A DNA stretch of 64,000 nt from Mobula hypostoma (lineage: Eukaryota). How positions within the stretch are numbered: position 1 is the stretch's first letter; the number at the start of each line of letters is the position of its first letter. Both the position numbers and the translations under genes were made by a program. The notes beneath the pieces were generated by a model that had not been told where the DNA came from, did no database searches, and saw nothing but the letters and a program-made list of their open reading frames with translations. Positions 24,420-37,057 of the stretch are shown in pieces. Where the stretch lies: assembly GCF_963921235.1 (NCBI RefSeq), contig NC_086110.1:9424001-9488000 (forward strand), read 5' to 3'.

Positions 24420-25515
24420 ATCCAAGTTAGGAAAGTGTTTAATTGGAGTAGGGGGCTATCAGGCAGGAACTTGGAAGCATAAATTGGGAACAGATGTTCT
24501 CAGACAAATGCACAGCAGAAATGTGGCAAATGTTCAGGGGATATTTGTGTGGCATTCTGCATAGGTACATTCCAATGAGACAGGGAAAGGATGGTAGGGT
24601 ACAGGAACCGTGGTGTACAAAGGCTGTTGAAAATCTAGTCAAGAAGGAAAGAAAAACTTAGGAAATTTCAAAAAATTAGGTAATGATAGAGATCTAGAAC
24701 ATTATAAGGCTAGCAGAAAGAAGCTTAACAATGAATTTAGTTAGGAGAGCTCGAAGGAGCCATGAGAAGGCCTTGGCGAGCAGGATTCAGGAAAACCCCA
24801 AGGCATTCTGCAAGTGTGTGAAGAGCAAGAGGATAAGATGTGAGAGAATAGAACCAATTAAGTGTGACAGTGGAAAAGTGTGTATGAAACCAGAGGAGAT
24901 AGCAGAGATACTTAATGAATACTTTGCTTCAGTTTAGGAGGCGAGAGGTAATGTTACAGCCATGTAGGATCCTGGTCACACCCCACTTGGAGTATTGTAT
25001 TCAGATCTGGTGCCTCACTGCAGGAAGGATGTGGAAACTATAGAAAGGGTGCAGAGGATATTTACAAGGATGTTGCCTGGATTGGGGAGCATGCCATGAG
25101 AATAGGTTGAGTGAACTTGGCCTTTTCTCCTTGGAGGATGAGAGGTGACCTGATAGAGGTGTATAAAGATGATGAGAGGCATTGATCCTGTGGATAGTCA
25201 GAAGCTTTTTCCCAGGGCTGAAATGGCTAACATGAGAGAGCACAGTATTAAGGTGCTTGGAAGCAGGTACAGAGGGGATGTCAGGGGTAAGTTTTTTTAC
25301 GCAGAGAGTGGTGATTGCATGGAATGGACTGCCTGTGATGGTGGTGGAGGCGGATACGATAGGTCTTTTAAGAGACTGCTGGATAGGTACGTGGAGTTTC
25401 AAAAAATAGACGGCTATGGGTAACCCTGGGTAATTTCTAACTTAAATACATGTTCGGCATAGCATTGTGGGCTGAAGGGCCTGTATTGTGCTGTAGGTTT
25501 TCTGTGTTCTATGTT
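24420..25515 (+). mobile_element. CR1 LINE fragments (short inverted piece, then linker and 3' end)
   Basis: ORFs 24731-24937 and 25169-25423 are CR1 ORF2 pieces, ending in a TTCTATG-type tail at about 25510. Confidence 0.8.
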
Positions 25516-26229
25516 CTGTTTGGAAGAAACCAGACCCAGAATCGGCACGCCGTGTTCAGGATACATCGTTCCAATGCACAAAGGCCATTCTAATCGTTGT
25601 AATAGCAATGTTTTGAAGATACTCTACAGGTCTGACAGCGTTTTTTATAAGAGAAACCAAGTTCCACTTCGGTTTGATGCAGTAATTTCCCCACTGCACT
25701 TGCATTTCCCCTTTATGCGAAGCACAAATGATAGCAAAATTTGAAGCGTTTAGAAGACCCAAATTTTTAACAATGTTTATCATGTTGAAATTTATTGTAA
25801 ATAATTCCTTCTTGTAAAATATCCCACTAAAAACAAAATGCAGTTGTATAAAGTAGACTATTGCTCTGAATAGATATTTAGACAGGAATAGATTTTAGAC
25901 ATCTGAAATGTGTAATGTTTAAGGTTTTCTCGAAACTTGCTGATAGGTAAACGCATTAAAATTGATATTTTACCTGTCCAGCATGTTCATGAAAATGCAC
26001 AGACCCACCTCAAAACAAGACCTGATTAGAACTATAACACTGTTCTAATGCACTGCAAAGCCATCTTGTGTAGAAACCGATATATAAAATGATTCTACGA
26101 AATGAAGAACATCTATTAATTTCAATGTTCTTGTAGTGCTCTACACCAACCAGATCTCTACGATTGTACACAAGCTGCTCAAATTTCTATGGCGCTATAC
26201 TCTGTGGATAAAACGTTTAATTGCAGTTC

Positions 26230-26350
26230 TTTTTTTAAAAGATCTTGACCTGAGGTGGGGGGGGTTATATGGGAGGCAGAGTTTGAGGGTTGGCACAGCA
26301 TTGTGGGCCGAAGGGCATGTACTGTGCTGTACTATTCTATGTTCTATGAC
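26230..26350 (+). mobile_element. CR1 extreme 3' end
   Basis: gggtcggcacaacattgtgggccgaaggg-type tail ending in ttctatgttcta. Confidence 0.65.
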
Positions 26351-26379
26351 CAGACAGAAATAATTTGTTTGATTAGGTA

Positions 26380-26840
26380 CAACAGATTCTGCAGATGTTG
26401 GAAAACCAGAGCAATAGACCCAAAATGCTGGAGGAAATCATCAGGACAGGCAGCATCTGTGGAAATCAATACACAGTGAAAGGTTCGGGCCGAGGTACTT
26501 CCTTGGGACTAGAAAGGAAAGGGGAAGATGTTAGCATAAGAAGGTGAGGGAGAGGAAGGAGTACAGGCTAGACGGTGATAGCTGATGCCAGATGGGTTGG
26601 TGAGGTGGGGGGTGGGGATGAAGGAAGAAGGTGGTAAGTGGAAAAGTTAAAGGGCTGGAGAGTAGGCTGAGGGGAAAAGTTAAAGGGCTGGTGGCAGAGG
26701 AGAGTAGACCATGGGAAAACCAGATCAAGGTGATAAGCAGAGGGTCTAGAGTGGGCAATTGAAGAAGAAGGAAGGGGCGGGGATGGATTAGCGAAAGATA
26801 GAGATATCGATTTTCATTCCATTAGTTTAGAGGCTACATA
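26380..26840 (-). mobile_element. Penelope-like 3' tail, old
   Basis: ttctgcagatgttggaaa...aaatgctggagg motif, purine-rich body and a decayed hammerhead at about 26475-26510. Confidence 0.65.
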
Positions 26841-26844
26841 GACT

Positions 26845-27750
26845 GCTGCTGCTGATGACACAACAATTGTAGGCCGTATCTCGGGTAATGATGAGTTTGA
26901 GTACAGAGAGGAAATTAAGAACCTGGTGGCATGGTGCGAAGACAATAACCTATCCCTGAACGTCAGTAAGACGCAGGAATTGGTTGTTGACTTCAGAAGG
27001 AGTAGCGGACAGCACGACCCAATTTATATCGGTGGTGCGCAAGTGGAACAGGTCAAAAGCTTTAAGTTCCTTGGGGTCAATATCACAAATGACCTGACTT
27101 GGACTAAACAAGCAGAGTTCACTGCCAAGAAGGCCCACTAGCGCCTTTACTTCCTGAGAAAACTAAAGAAATTTGGCCAGTCCCCTAAAACCCTCACTAA
27201 TTTTTATAGATGCACCGTAGAAAGCATTCCTCTGGGGTGCATCACAACCTGGTATGGAAGTTGTCCTGTCCAAGACCGGAAGAAGCTGCAGAAGATTGTG
27301 AACACGGTGCAGCACATCACACAAACCAATCTTCTGTCCTTGGACTCACTTTACACCGCATGTTGTCGGAGCAGTGCTGCCAGGATAATCAAGGACACGA
27401 CCCACCCAGCCAACACACTTTTCGTCCCTCTTTCCTCCGGTAGAAGGCTCAGGAGCTTGAAGACTCGTACAGCCAGATTTGGGAACAGCTTTTTTCCAAC
27501 TGTGATAAGACTGCTGAACAGATCCTGACTCGGATCTGGCCGTACCCTCCAAATATCCAGACTATCTTCTCAGTTTTTTGCACTACTTTACTTCCCCTTT
27601 TCTATTTTATATTTATGATTTATAATTTAAATTTTTTAAATATTTACTATCAATGTGTACTCCAGGGAGCGCGAAGTGCAAAATCAAATATTACTTTGAT
27701 GATTGTACGCTCTAGTATCATTAGTTTGGTGACAATAAAGTATAAAGTAT
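26845..27750 (+). mobile_element. Rex1/Babar-type LINE RT C-terminus and 3' end
   Basis: ADDTT at about 26850; ORFs 26926-27141 (WCEDNNLSLNVSKT, FKFLGV) and 27298-27528; (TAAAGTA)n tail. Confidence 0.85.
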
Positions 27751-27949
27751 AAAGCCTCCTCACTGCTAGCATTGGGGATGAGGTACATGATCCTGAGGCC
27801 CCACACTCATTGATTTAGGAACTGCTTCTTCCCCTTCGATATCAGATTTCTGAACAGTGCATGAATCAATGAACGCTACCTCATTTTACTGCTTTTGTGC
27901 TAATTATTTATTTTTGTATTTATAATCATTATTACGACTTTTCTCTCTT

Positions 27950-28330
27950 TCAAAGATTTTGAGAAAGTTATCCACGCTCTTATATCCTCCCGCTTGGACT
28001 ACTCTAACTCCCTTTATACTGGGATAAGTCCGTCGTTCCTGTCCCGCCTGCAACTGGTCCAGGCTCCTGACAGGTGCTCAGAAGAGGGACCATATTACTT
28101 CTATCCTGGCCTGTCTCCATTGGCTACCAGTACAGTTTAGAATTGATTTTAAGGTTCTCCTGTTTGTCTTTAAAACCCTAAATGGGCTGACTCCCTCCTA
28201 TATCGCATACCTTCTGACCCTTTATTCTACTTCCAGGTCCCTCAGGTCGGCTGATTTGGGGCTCCTGGCTGTCCCACGATCTAAATTTAAGTTCAGGGGT
28301 GACTGCGCCTTTGCTGTTATAGCCCCGAGA
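27950..28330 (+). mobile_element. L2-like LINE C-terminal fragment
   Basis: Reads ...HITSILACLHWLPVQFRIDFKVLLFVFKTLNGL..., typical of the L2 ORF2 C-terminus. Confidence 0.65.
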
Positions 28331-28654
28331 CAGCAACAATAAAGTATAAAGTATTCGCAATATGTATGTCATTTCCTCACTGTTACCATCAGGTAGGAGA
28401 TACAGAAGCCTTAAGGCACACACTCAGCGATTCAGGAACACCTTCTTCCTTGATTTATGTAGGACTTTATTTTGATGGCATTTTATGAAAATCTCTTTAT
28501 CTGCCAGATTGCCTTCATTAGATTCCTATTTTAGCTCCCACAAAATACAAACCAAATAAGTGAAAGACAACTTGTATATATTATGATGATTCTCCTGTAT
28601 TAATATAGTTCACCACAACAGATGATTAATATACATTTTCTTAATGTCCATTAT

Positions 28655-31600
28655 TATAAGACCAATAGATATAGGAGCAGAAGGAGGTCATTCGGCCCAT
28701 CGAGTGCTCTGCCATTCAGTCATGGGCTGATCCAATTCTTCCAGTCCCCTGCTTTCTCCCCATACCCTTTGATGCCCTAGCTAATCAGGAAGCTATCTAT
28801 CTCTGCCTTAAACGCACTCAGTGACCTGGCTTCCACAGCCATTTGTGGCAACAAATTTGACAGGTTTACCCCCCTCTGCTAAAGTAATTTCACCACATCT
28901 CATTTCTAAATGGACATCCTTTGATCCCGAAGTCATGCCCTCTTGACCTAGACTCCCCTACCATGGGAAATAGCTTTGCCATATCTTATCTGTTCAGGCC
29001 TTTTAATATTCAGAATGTTTCTATGAGAGCCCCCCCACCCCATTCTCCTGTCAGTCCAAGAGTTGTCAGGCGTTCCTCATACGGTAACCCTTTCATTCTT
29101 GTGAATCTTCTCTTAACCCTCTCCAATGTCAGTATATCCTTTCTAAAATTAGGAGCGCAAAACTGCACACAATACTCCGTGTAGTCTCACGAGTGCCTTA
29201 TAGAGCCTCAATATCATATCCCTGCTCTTATATTCCGTATCTCCAGAAACGAATGCCGACATTGCATTTGCCTTCTTCAGCACCGACTCAACCATTTAGG
29301 GTATTGTGCACAAGAACTCCCAAGTCCCTTTGAATCTCTGAATTTTGAATTCTCTCCCCATCTAAATAAAAGACTGCCCATTTATTTCTTCTACCAAAGT
29401 GCGTGACTATACACTTTCCAATATTGTATTCCATTTGCCAATTTGCCACTTTTTGCCCATTCCCTATCCACGTCTCTCTGTAGGCTCTCTGTTTCCTCAA
29501 CAATACCCGCTCCTCCACCTATCTTTGTATCATCGACAAATTAAGCCTCAAATCCATTAATTCCATAGATATACATTGTAAAAAGCAGTGATCCCAACAT
29601 TAACACATGTGGAACTCCACTGGAACAGCAGCCAGCCAGAATAAGATCCCTTTATTCCCACTCTCTGTTTTCTGCCGATCAGCCAATGCTCCACCCATAC
29701 TAGAAACTTCCCTATAATTCCATGGGCTCTTATCTTGCTAAACATAGAAACATAGAAAATAGGTGCAGGAGTAGGCCATTTGGCCCTTCAAGTCTGCACC
29801 GCCATTCAGTATGATCATGGCTGATCATCCAACTCAGAACCCTGTACCAGCCTTTCCTCCATACCCCCTGATCCCTTTAGCCACAAGGGCCATTTCTAAC
29901 TCCCTCTTAAATATAGTCAATGAACTGGCCTCAACTGCTTCCTGTGTCAGAGAATTCCACAGATTCACCACTCGCTGTGTGAAGAAGTTTTTCCTAATCT
30001 CGGTCCTAAAAGGCTTCCCCTTTATCCTCAAACTGTGACCCCTCGTTCTGGACTTTCCCAACATCGAGAACAATCTTCCTGCATCTAGCCTGTCCAATCC
30101 CTTTAGGATTTTATATGTTTCAATAAGATCCCCCCTCAATCTTCTAAATTCCAGAGAGTATAAGCCTAGTCGATATTCAGTCTTTCATCATATGAAAGTC
30201 CTGCCATCCCAGGAATCAACCTGGTGAACATTCTTTGTACTTCCTCTATGGCAAGGATGTCTTTCCTCAGATTAGGGGACCAAAAGTGCACACAATACTC
30301 CAGGTGTGGTCTCACCAAGGCCTTGTACAACTGCAGTAGTACCTCCCTGCTCCTGTACTCGAATCATCTTGCTATGAATGCCAGCATACCATTCGCTTTT
30401 TTCACCATCTGCTGTACCCGCATGCACACTTTCAATGACTGGTGTATAATGACACCCAGGTCTCGTTGCACCTCCCCTTTTCCTAATCGGCCACCATTCA
30501 GATAATAATCTGTTTTCCTGTTTTTGCCACCAAAGTGGATAACCTCACATTTATCCACATTAAGTTGCATCTGCCATGAATTTGCCCACTCACCTAGCCT
30601 ATCTAAGTCACCCTGCATCCTCTTAGCATCCTCCTAACAGCTAACGCTGCCACCCAGCTTCGTGTTATCCGCAAACTTGGAGATGCTGCATTTAATTCCC
30701 TCATCTAAGTCATCAATATATATTGTAAACAACTGGGGTCCCAGCACTGAGCCTTGCGGTACCCCACTAGTCACTGCTTGCCATTCTGAAAAGGTCCCGT
30801 TTATTCCCACTCTTTGCTTCCTGTCTGCCAACCAATTCTCTATCCACGTCAATACCTTACCCCCCAATACCGTGTGCTTTAAGTTTGCACACTAATCTCC
30901 TGTGTGGGACCTTGTCAAAAGCCTTCTGAAAATCCAAATATACCACATCCACTGGTTCTCCCCTATCCACTCTACTAGTTACATCCTCAAAAATTCTTTG
31001 ATTCATCAGACATGATTTTCCTTTCCTAAATCCATGCTGACTTTGTCCGATTATTTCACCGCTTTCCAAATGTGCTGTTATCACATCTTTGATAACTGAC
31101 TCTAGCATTTTCCCCACCACCGATGTTAGGCTAACCGGTCTATAATTCCCCGGTTTCTTTCTCCCTCCTTTTTTAAAAAGCAGGGTTACATTAGCCACCC
31201 TCCAGTCCTCAAAAGCAGCCTCAAGTGCGGCACCCTGTCAAAGGCCTTCTGCAACCCCAAGTACACCACATCCACTACATCTCCTTTGTCTACCCTGCTT
31301 GTAATTTCTTTAAAAAAAAACGCAGTGGGTTAGTCAGGCAGGATTTTTCTTTCAGGAAACATTGTTGGCTTTGGCCTATCTTGTCATGTGTCTCCAGGTA
31401 CTCCACAATCTCATCCCTAACAACTGATTCCAACAACCTCCCAACCACTGATGTCAGGCTAGCAGGTCCATAGTTTCCTTTCTGCTGCCTCCCACCCTTC
31501 ATAAATAGCAGAGTAATATTTGCAATTTTCCAGTCATCTGCTACAATGCCAGAACCTATCGATTTTTGAAAGATCATTGTTAATGCTGCAACAGTCTCTC

Positions 31601-32260
31601 CAGCTACTTCCTTAAGAACATGAGTGTGCACTCCATCAGGTCCAGGAGATTTATCCACCCTCAGACCATTAAGCTTCATGAGCACCTTCTCAGTCGTAAT
31701 TTTCACTGCACAGACTTCACTTCCCTGACACTGTTGAATGTCCGGTATACTGCAGACGTCTTCCACTGTGGCAAAATGCGCATTCAGTTCCTCTGCCATC
31801 TCTGCATCTCTCATTACAATATCTCGAGCGCCTTTTTCTATTGGTCCTATATTTACCCTCAACTCTCTTTTACCCTTTATATACTTAAAAAAAGCTTTTG
31901 GTATATTCTTTGATATTAGTCGCCAGTTTCCTCTCATAATTCAACTTTTCCTTCCCAATGACCTTTTTAGTTTCCTTCTACAAGTTTTTAAAAGCTTCCC
32001 AATCATCTATCTTCCCACTAGCTTTGGCTTCCTTGTATGCCCTCTCTTTTGCTTTTACTTTGGTCTGACTTCACTTGTCAGCTACAGTGGTGTCCTTCTT
32101 CCATTCGAAAATTTCTTCTTATTTGGAATATATCTTTCTTGCACTTCTCTCTTTTTTGCAGAAGCTTCAGCCATTGCTACACTGCTGTTCTTCCCTCTAT
32201 TGTCCTTTTCCAGTCAACATTGGCCAGTTACCCTCTCATGCCGTTGTGATGTCCATTGCA
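28655..32260 (-). mobile_element. cluster of stacked CR1 LINE fragments
   Basis: Separate 3' tails at about 28660 and 29745 (AAACATAG repeats). RT ORFs 29288-29745, 29834-30139, 30364-31198 and 31290-31937 carry the [13 protein letters not shown] and DFQKAFDKVPH motifs. Confidence 0.85.
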
Positions 32261-32729
32261 ATTCTAAATGTTTCCTCAATGTTAAATTGATTATAATGTA
32301 TTGAAAAATTTGATCTTCATACTCAGAGGATAAATGTGACATTTAGCATTTTAAAGGAATTAAACTGGATGAAATAATTAGATGGGAGTCACTTCTGTAA
32401 TACTCTTCCAGAATTCTAACAGTGTCCTTGGATCTTCTCAAATCCAGGTTGCATCTATTTCGGGAATAACCACCGTTTCAAGTGCATTCCTTTTATCATT
32501 TTTCATCTCGTCTATTTTCTCTATTTCCTTCATCTTGCCTTGCCAGTTTGGTAAGTGTTAGTTATAAAATAACTATTAAATCTTCCAATTGTGCCCATCA
32601 TCTTCCAGTGTAGATATTTTTCAGGCTCCTCCCCTTACTATCAATTTCTGGTGTGAATGCCATTAAGAGACTTTGGAGCTCCACTGTTTCAGATGTTAAT
32701 ATGTTCATATGATTATCATGAATACAAAG

Positions 32730-33335
32730 ACACGTAGTCCTCTTTTATTGTCATTTAGTAATGCATGCATTAAGAAATGATACATTATTCCCTCCAGTGT
32801 GATATCACAAAATACAGGACAGACCAAGACTGAAAAAAGCTGACAAAACCACATAATTATAACACATAGTTACGACAGTGCAACCATACCATAGCTTGAT
32901 GAAGAAGTCCATGAGCACAGTAAAGTTCAAAGTTTCTCAAATGTCCCACATCTCACGCAGACGGGAGAAGGAAGAAAACCTTTCCCTGCCTTGCCGACCA
33001 CAATCCGACTCTGAGTCATCCGAAAACTTCGAGCTCTGATCACCTCTCCGACACCGAGTACTGAGCGCCACTCTGTCCAAACGATTCGACCACCTTCTCG
33101 GTCGCCAAAAGCAGGCAAGGCCAGGGATTGTGAGGCCTACCCTTCGAAAGCTTCCCGACCACACAGTAATGACCGCAGTGAACGGGCGTTTCAGAAATTT
33201 CTCCAGATGTTCTTCTGTGCTTTCACATACATTCTCCATCAAATCAGAATTGTCCACGGCCCCTATTTAACAGATACGATATCATTTTTCACCGGAGGGC
33301 TGCGCACACGAAGGCGCGCTGCCATCTTCTCCTCC
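32730..33335 (-). repeat. unclassified interspersed repeat, likely a non-autonomous LINE derivative
   Basis: The minus strand begins GGAGGAGAAGATGGCAGCG, a LINE-like 5' end, and ends in GACAATAAAAGAGG, a LINE-like tail. It has no coding motifs. Confidence 0.45.
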
Positions 33336-33479
33336 GGCATATCTTTACTGTTGTCATTCTTATTTACTCAGCTTTTTATATTCAGCCTGAGTTCACCAAT
33401 ATTTTCAGCTTTACATGCGTAAAACTTGCTTCAACTTACCCTCCCTATTGTGCCATACAGGAGGTCATTAGCCTAAGGG

Positions 33480-34400
33480 TAATAGATTAGGAATATGGAG
33501 GAAAGTTATATTAAGAAACTATTAAGAAAGGGCGGAAGTGAATGGAAGAGTTCCCCTTAAGGATCAATATGGTCATCGATGTAGAGCTACAAGAAGTAGG
33601 TGATAAACTAAATTAACATTTCTGGTCCGTATTTACTGTCGAGAATGAAATTGAAGCCAATGAGTTCAGCGCAGAGAAAAGTTGGCAAAAAATTTTCTAA
33701 CTGCATTAGCTGCAGATGGCACTCAGGATGACTATAAAAATCTGATGGGAATATATGTAACAAGAAGTTGTGGATGACACAAATATGCTTCCGTTATGCT
33801 GAAGTGCAAATAAAGATATTGAAGAGCTGGAAAGTGAGCAATTTCAGAGATGTGCAAAATGGTGCATTTTGAGCAGTTAGACATGGTCAGGACATATATA
33901 CAGTAGCAGGTCCCTGGGAAGTTTTGTTAAACGGAGATATAGGGTCAGAAATAAACAATTAACTGAAAATAGCACATCTAATAGAAGCTATATGGCATGT
34001 TCGCCTTCAGCAAACGAGGCCCTGAGCATAAGAGATGGGGCATAATGTTAGAGTGTAGAAAATGTTGGTTAGATCCTGCTTGGAGTATTGTGTGCAATTC
34101 TGGTCACTACCTTTTAGGAACAACGTGTTTGCACTGCAACCACTGCCAAGGACATTCACCAGAATATTGGAAGCATTGTAGCACTTTAGTTATGGGGAGA
34201 GAATAAACAGGCTGAGCTAGTTTTATTTTTCTGGAACAATGAATCCTGAAAGCTACCATGATAGATAGACAATGACAATTAAGAGGTACAGCTATATAGC
34301 CAGAATCTGCTTCCCATCATAGGCATAAACAAACCTAGAAGGTTGATGTTTAAAGTGAGAATAAGACCTAAAGGCAAAATGATGGGCAGTTTCTTCACAC
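33480..34400 (+). mobile_element. highly decayed CR1 RT remnant
   Basis: Residual FADxxK, xLDPxWSIVCNSGH (shifted LEYCVQFW) and 3' motifs. Confidence 0.5.
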
Positions 34401-34409
34401 AAGGAATAG

Positions 34410-35820
34410 TTGTATGGAAGAAGAAGTCTTCAGTGTCCTGCCTCAATGACTACCGTCCCAATGCACTCACATCCATCATCATAAAGTGTTTCGAGATGCT
34501 CGTCATGAGGCACATCAAAACCCTGTGCCCCCCTCAATGGACCCCCTGCAGTTTGCATATCATCCCAACCACTCAACAGAGGACACCATCGCCACCACCC
34601 TCCACCTGGCCCTCACCCACCTGGACAAAAAAACACATACGTTCGTATGCTGTTCATAGACTTCAGTTCAGCATTCAACACAATCATTCCTCAACACCAG
34701 ATTGGAAAGCTGAATCTGCTGGGCCTGAACACCTCCCTCTGCAACTGGATCCTAGACTTCCTGACTGGGAGACCTCAGTCAGTCCAGATGGGGAGCAGCA
34801 TCTCCAGCACCATCACAGTGAGCACGGGGGCCCCCCAGGGCTGTGTGCTCAGTCCACTGTTGTTCACTCTGCTGACCCACGACTGTGCTACAACACACAG
34901 CTCGAACCACATCATCAAGTTCGCCGATGACACGACCGTGGTGGGTCTCATCAGCAAGAACGACGAGTCAGCATACAGAGAGGAGGTACAGTGGCTAACG
35001 GACTGGTGCAGAGCCAACAACCTATCTCTGAATGTGAACAAAACAAAAGAGGTGGTTGTTGACTTCAGGAGAGCACGGAGCGACCACGCTCAGCTGAACA
35101 TTGACGACTCCTCCATTGAGATCGTTAAGAGCACCAAATTTCCTGGTGTTCACCTGGTGGAGAATCTCACCTGGTCCCTCAACACCAGTTCCATAGACAA
35201 GAAAGCTCAGCAGCGTCTCTACTTTCTGCGAAGGCTGAAAGAAGTCTATCTCACACCCCCCATCCTCACCACATCATACAGAGGATGTTTTGAGAGCATC
35301 CTGAGCAGTTGCATCACTACCTGGTTCGGGAATTGCATCGTCTCGGATCGCAAGACCCTGCAGCGGATAGTGAGGTCAGCTGAGAAGATTATCGGTGTCT
35401 CTCTTCCCACCATTACAGACATTTACACCACACGCTGCACCCGTAAAGCCAACAGCATTGTGAAGGACCCCACGCACCCCTCATACAAACTCTTCCTCCT
35501 TTTGCCATCTGGCAAAAGGTACCGTAGAATTCGGGCTGTCACAACCAGACTGTGCAACAGTTTCTTCCCCAAGCCATCAGACTCCTTAGTACCCAGTGTC
35601 CACACTGACATCTATATCATTTATTATTATATTGTAATTCGTCCTCTACTGTGCCTATTGTCTTGTTTATTATTTACTGTGCTTCCTGCACTGTTTTTTG
35701 CACTTTATGTAGTCCTGTGTAGGTCTGTAGTCTAGTGTAGTTTTTGTGTTGTCTTACATAGTCTAGTGTAGCCTTGAGTTGTCTCACTTAGTCTAATGTA
35801 GTTTGTGTTGTTTCATATAG
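34410..35820 (+). mobile_element. Rex1/Babar-type LINE, 5'-truncated; RT ORF 34647-35735
   Basis: [36 protein letters not shown] and [10 protein letters not shown] motifs. There is a frameshift upstream of 34647 and no endonuclease. Confidence 0.9.
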
Positions 35821-35829
35821 CACCATTGT

Positions 35830-36480
35830 CAGTAGTAGTAGTAGTAGTCATACTTTATTGATCCCGGGGGAAATTGGTTTTCGTTACAGTTGCACCATAA
35901 ATAATAATTAGTAATAGAACCATAAATAGTTAAATAGTAATATGTAAATTATGCCAGTAAATTATGAAATAAGTCCAGGACCAGCCTATTGGCTCAGGAT
36001 GCCTGACCCTCCAAGGGAGGAGTTGTAAAGTTTGATGGCCACAGGCAGGAATGACTTCCTATAACGCTCTGTGCTGCATCTTGGTGGAATGAGTCTCTGG
36101 CTGAATATACTCCTGTGCCCACCCAGTACATTATGTAGTGGATGGGAAACATTGACCAAGATGGCATGCAACTTAGACAGCATCCTCTTTTCAGACACCA
36201 CCGTCAGAGAGTCCAGTTCCATCCCCACAACATCACTGGCCTTACGGATGAGTTTGTTGATTCTGTTCAATGTCTGCTACCCTCAGCCTGCTGCCCCAGC
36301 ACACAACAGCAAACATAATAGCACTGGCCACCACAGACTCGTAGAACATCCTCAGCATCATCCGGCAGATGTTAAAGGACCTCAGTCTCCTCAGGAAATA
36401 GAGAGGGCTCTGACCCTTCTTGTAGACAGCCTCGGTGTTCTTTGCCCAGTCCAGTTTATTGTTAATTCGTATCCCCAGAT
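35830..36480 (-). mobile_element. Rex1/Babar-type LINE 3' end
   Basis: (TAG)n tail at about 35832-35848; ORF 35986-36270 (SHPLH...SFLPVAIKLYN). Confidence 0.8.
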
Positions 36481-37057
36481 ATTTGTCCTGGAGGAACGTT
36501 GTTTCTTTTTTACTGTGTGCTGTACCAGCAGTTTATGGTCGAAATGACAATGAAAAGCGACTTGACTTGACTTGAGTTGATGTAACAGAAATAACACAAA
36601 ATGCAGCCGAGTAGGAACTTGAATAAGCAAGAACTAATTAGAGGAACATGAAATTAACACACGTCAATGGAGAGAGTAGAAAGTTACATGATCCATAGCA
36701 ATGTTGCAAATGGTTCGAGTTGTTGAACTTTATAGCTTTATAATATAGGTTACAGCTAAAGCAGGATATGACATACCTGTAATTAAATTTAAAAAAACAT
36801 AATATTGCAGAGAATGTATAGGCAGATGAAGAGAGAATACTGTTTTAAAAAACCGTAGGAACTGATGTTCATCAAAATTTAAAAAAAATATGTTATCTCT
36901 GTGAATGAAACATAAAATTGGAATAACCTAGGTCAAGGTTTCTCAACCGGGGTTCCCTGAGAATTCGTTTGGGGTTCTGCAAGAGTTCGTGCTTAAAAGA
37001 ACATTAAATTTTGAAGTTCGCATGACGCGCGATGATAGCTGTCGCAGTGAAAGAGAG

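Noticed and set aside
34647-35735. 362-aa RT ORF as an active element or host gene
   Set aside because: It is a 5'-truncated Rex1/Babar copy with an upstream frameshift, no endonuclease and a disrupted C-terminus.
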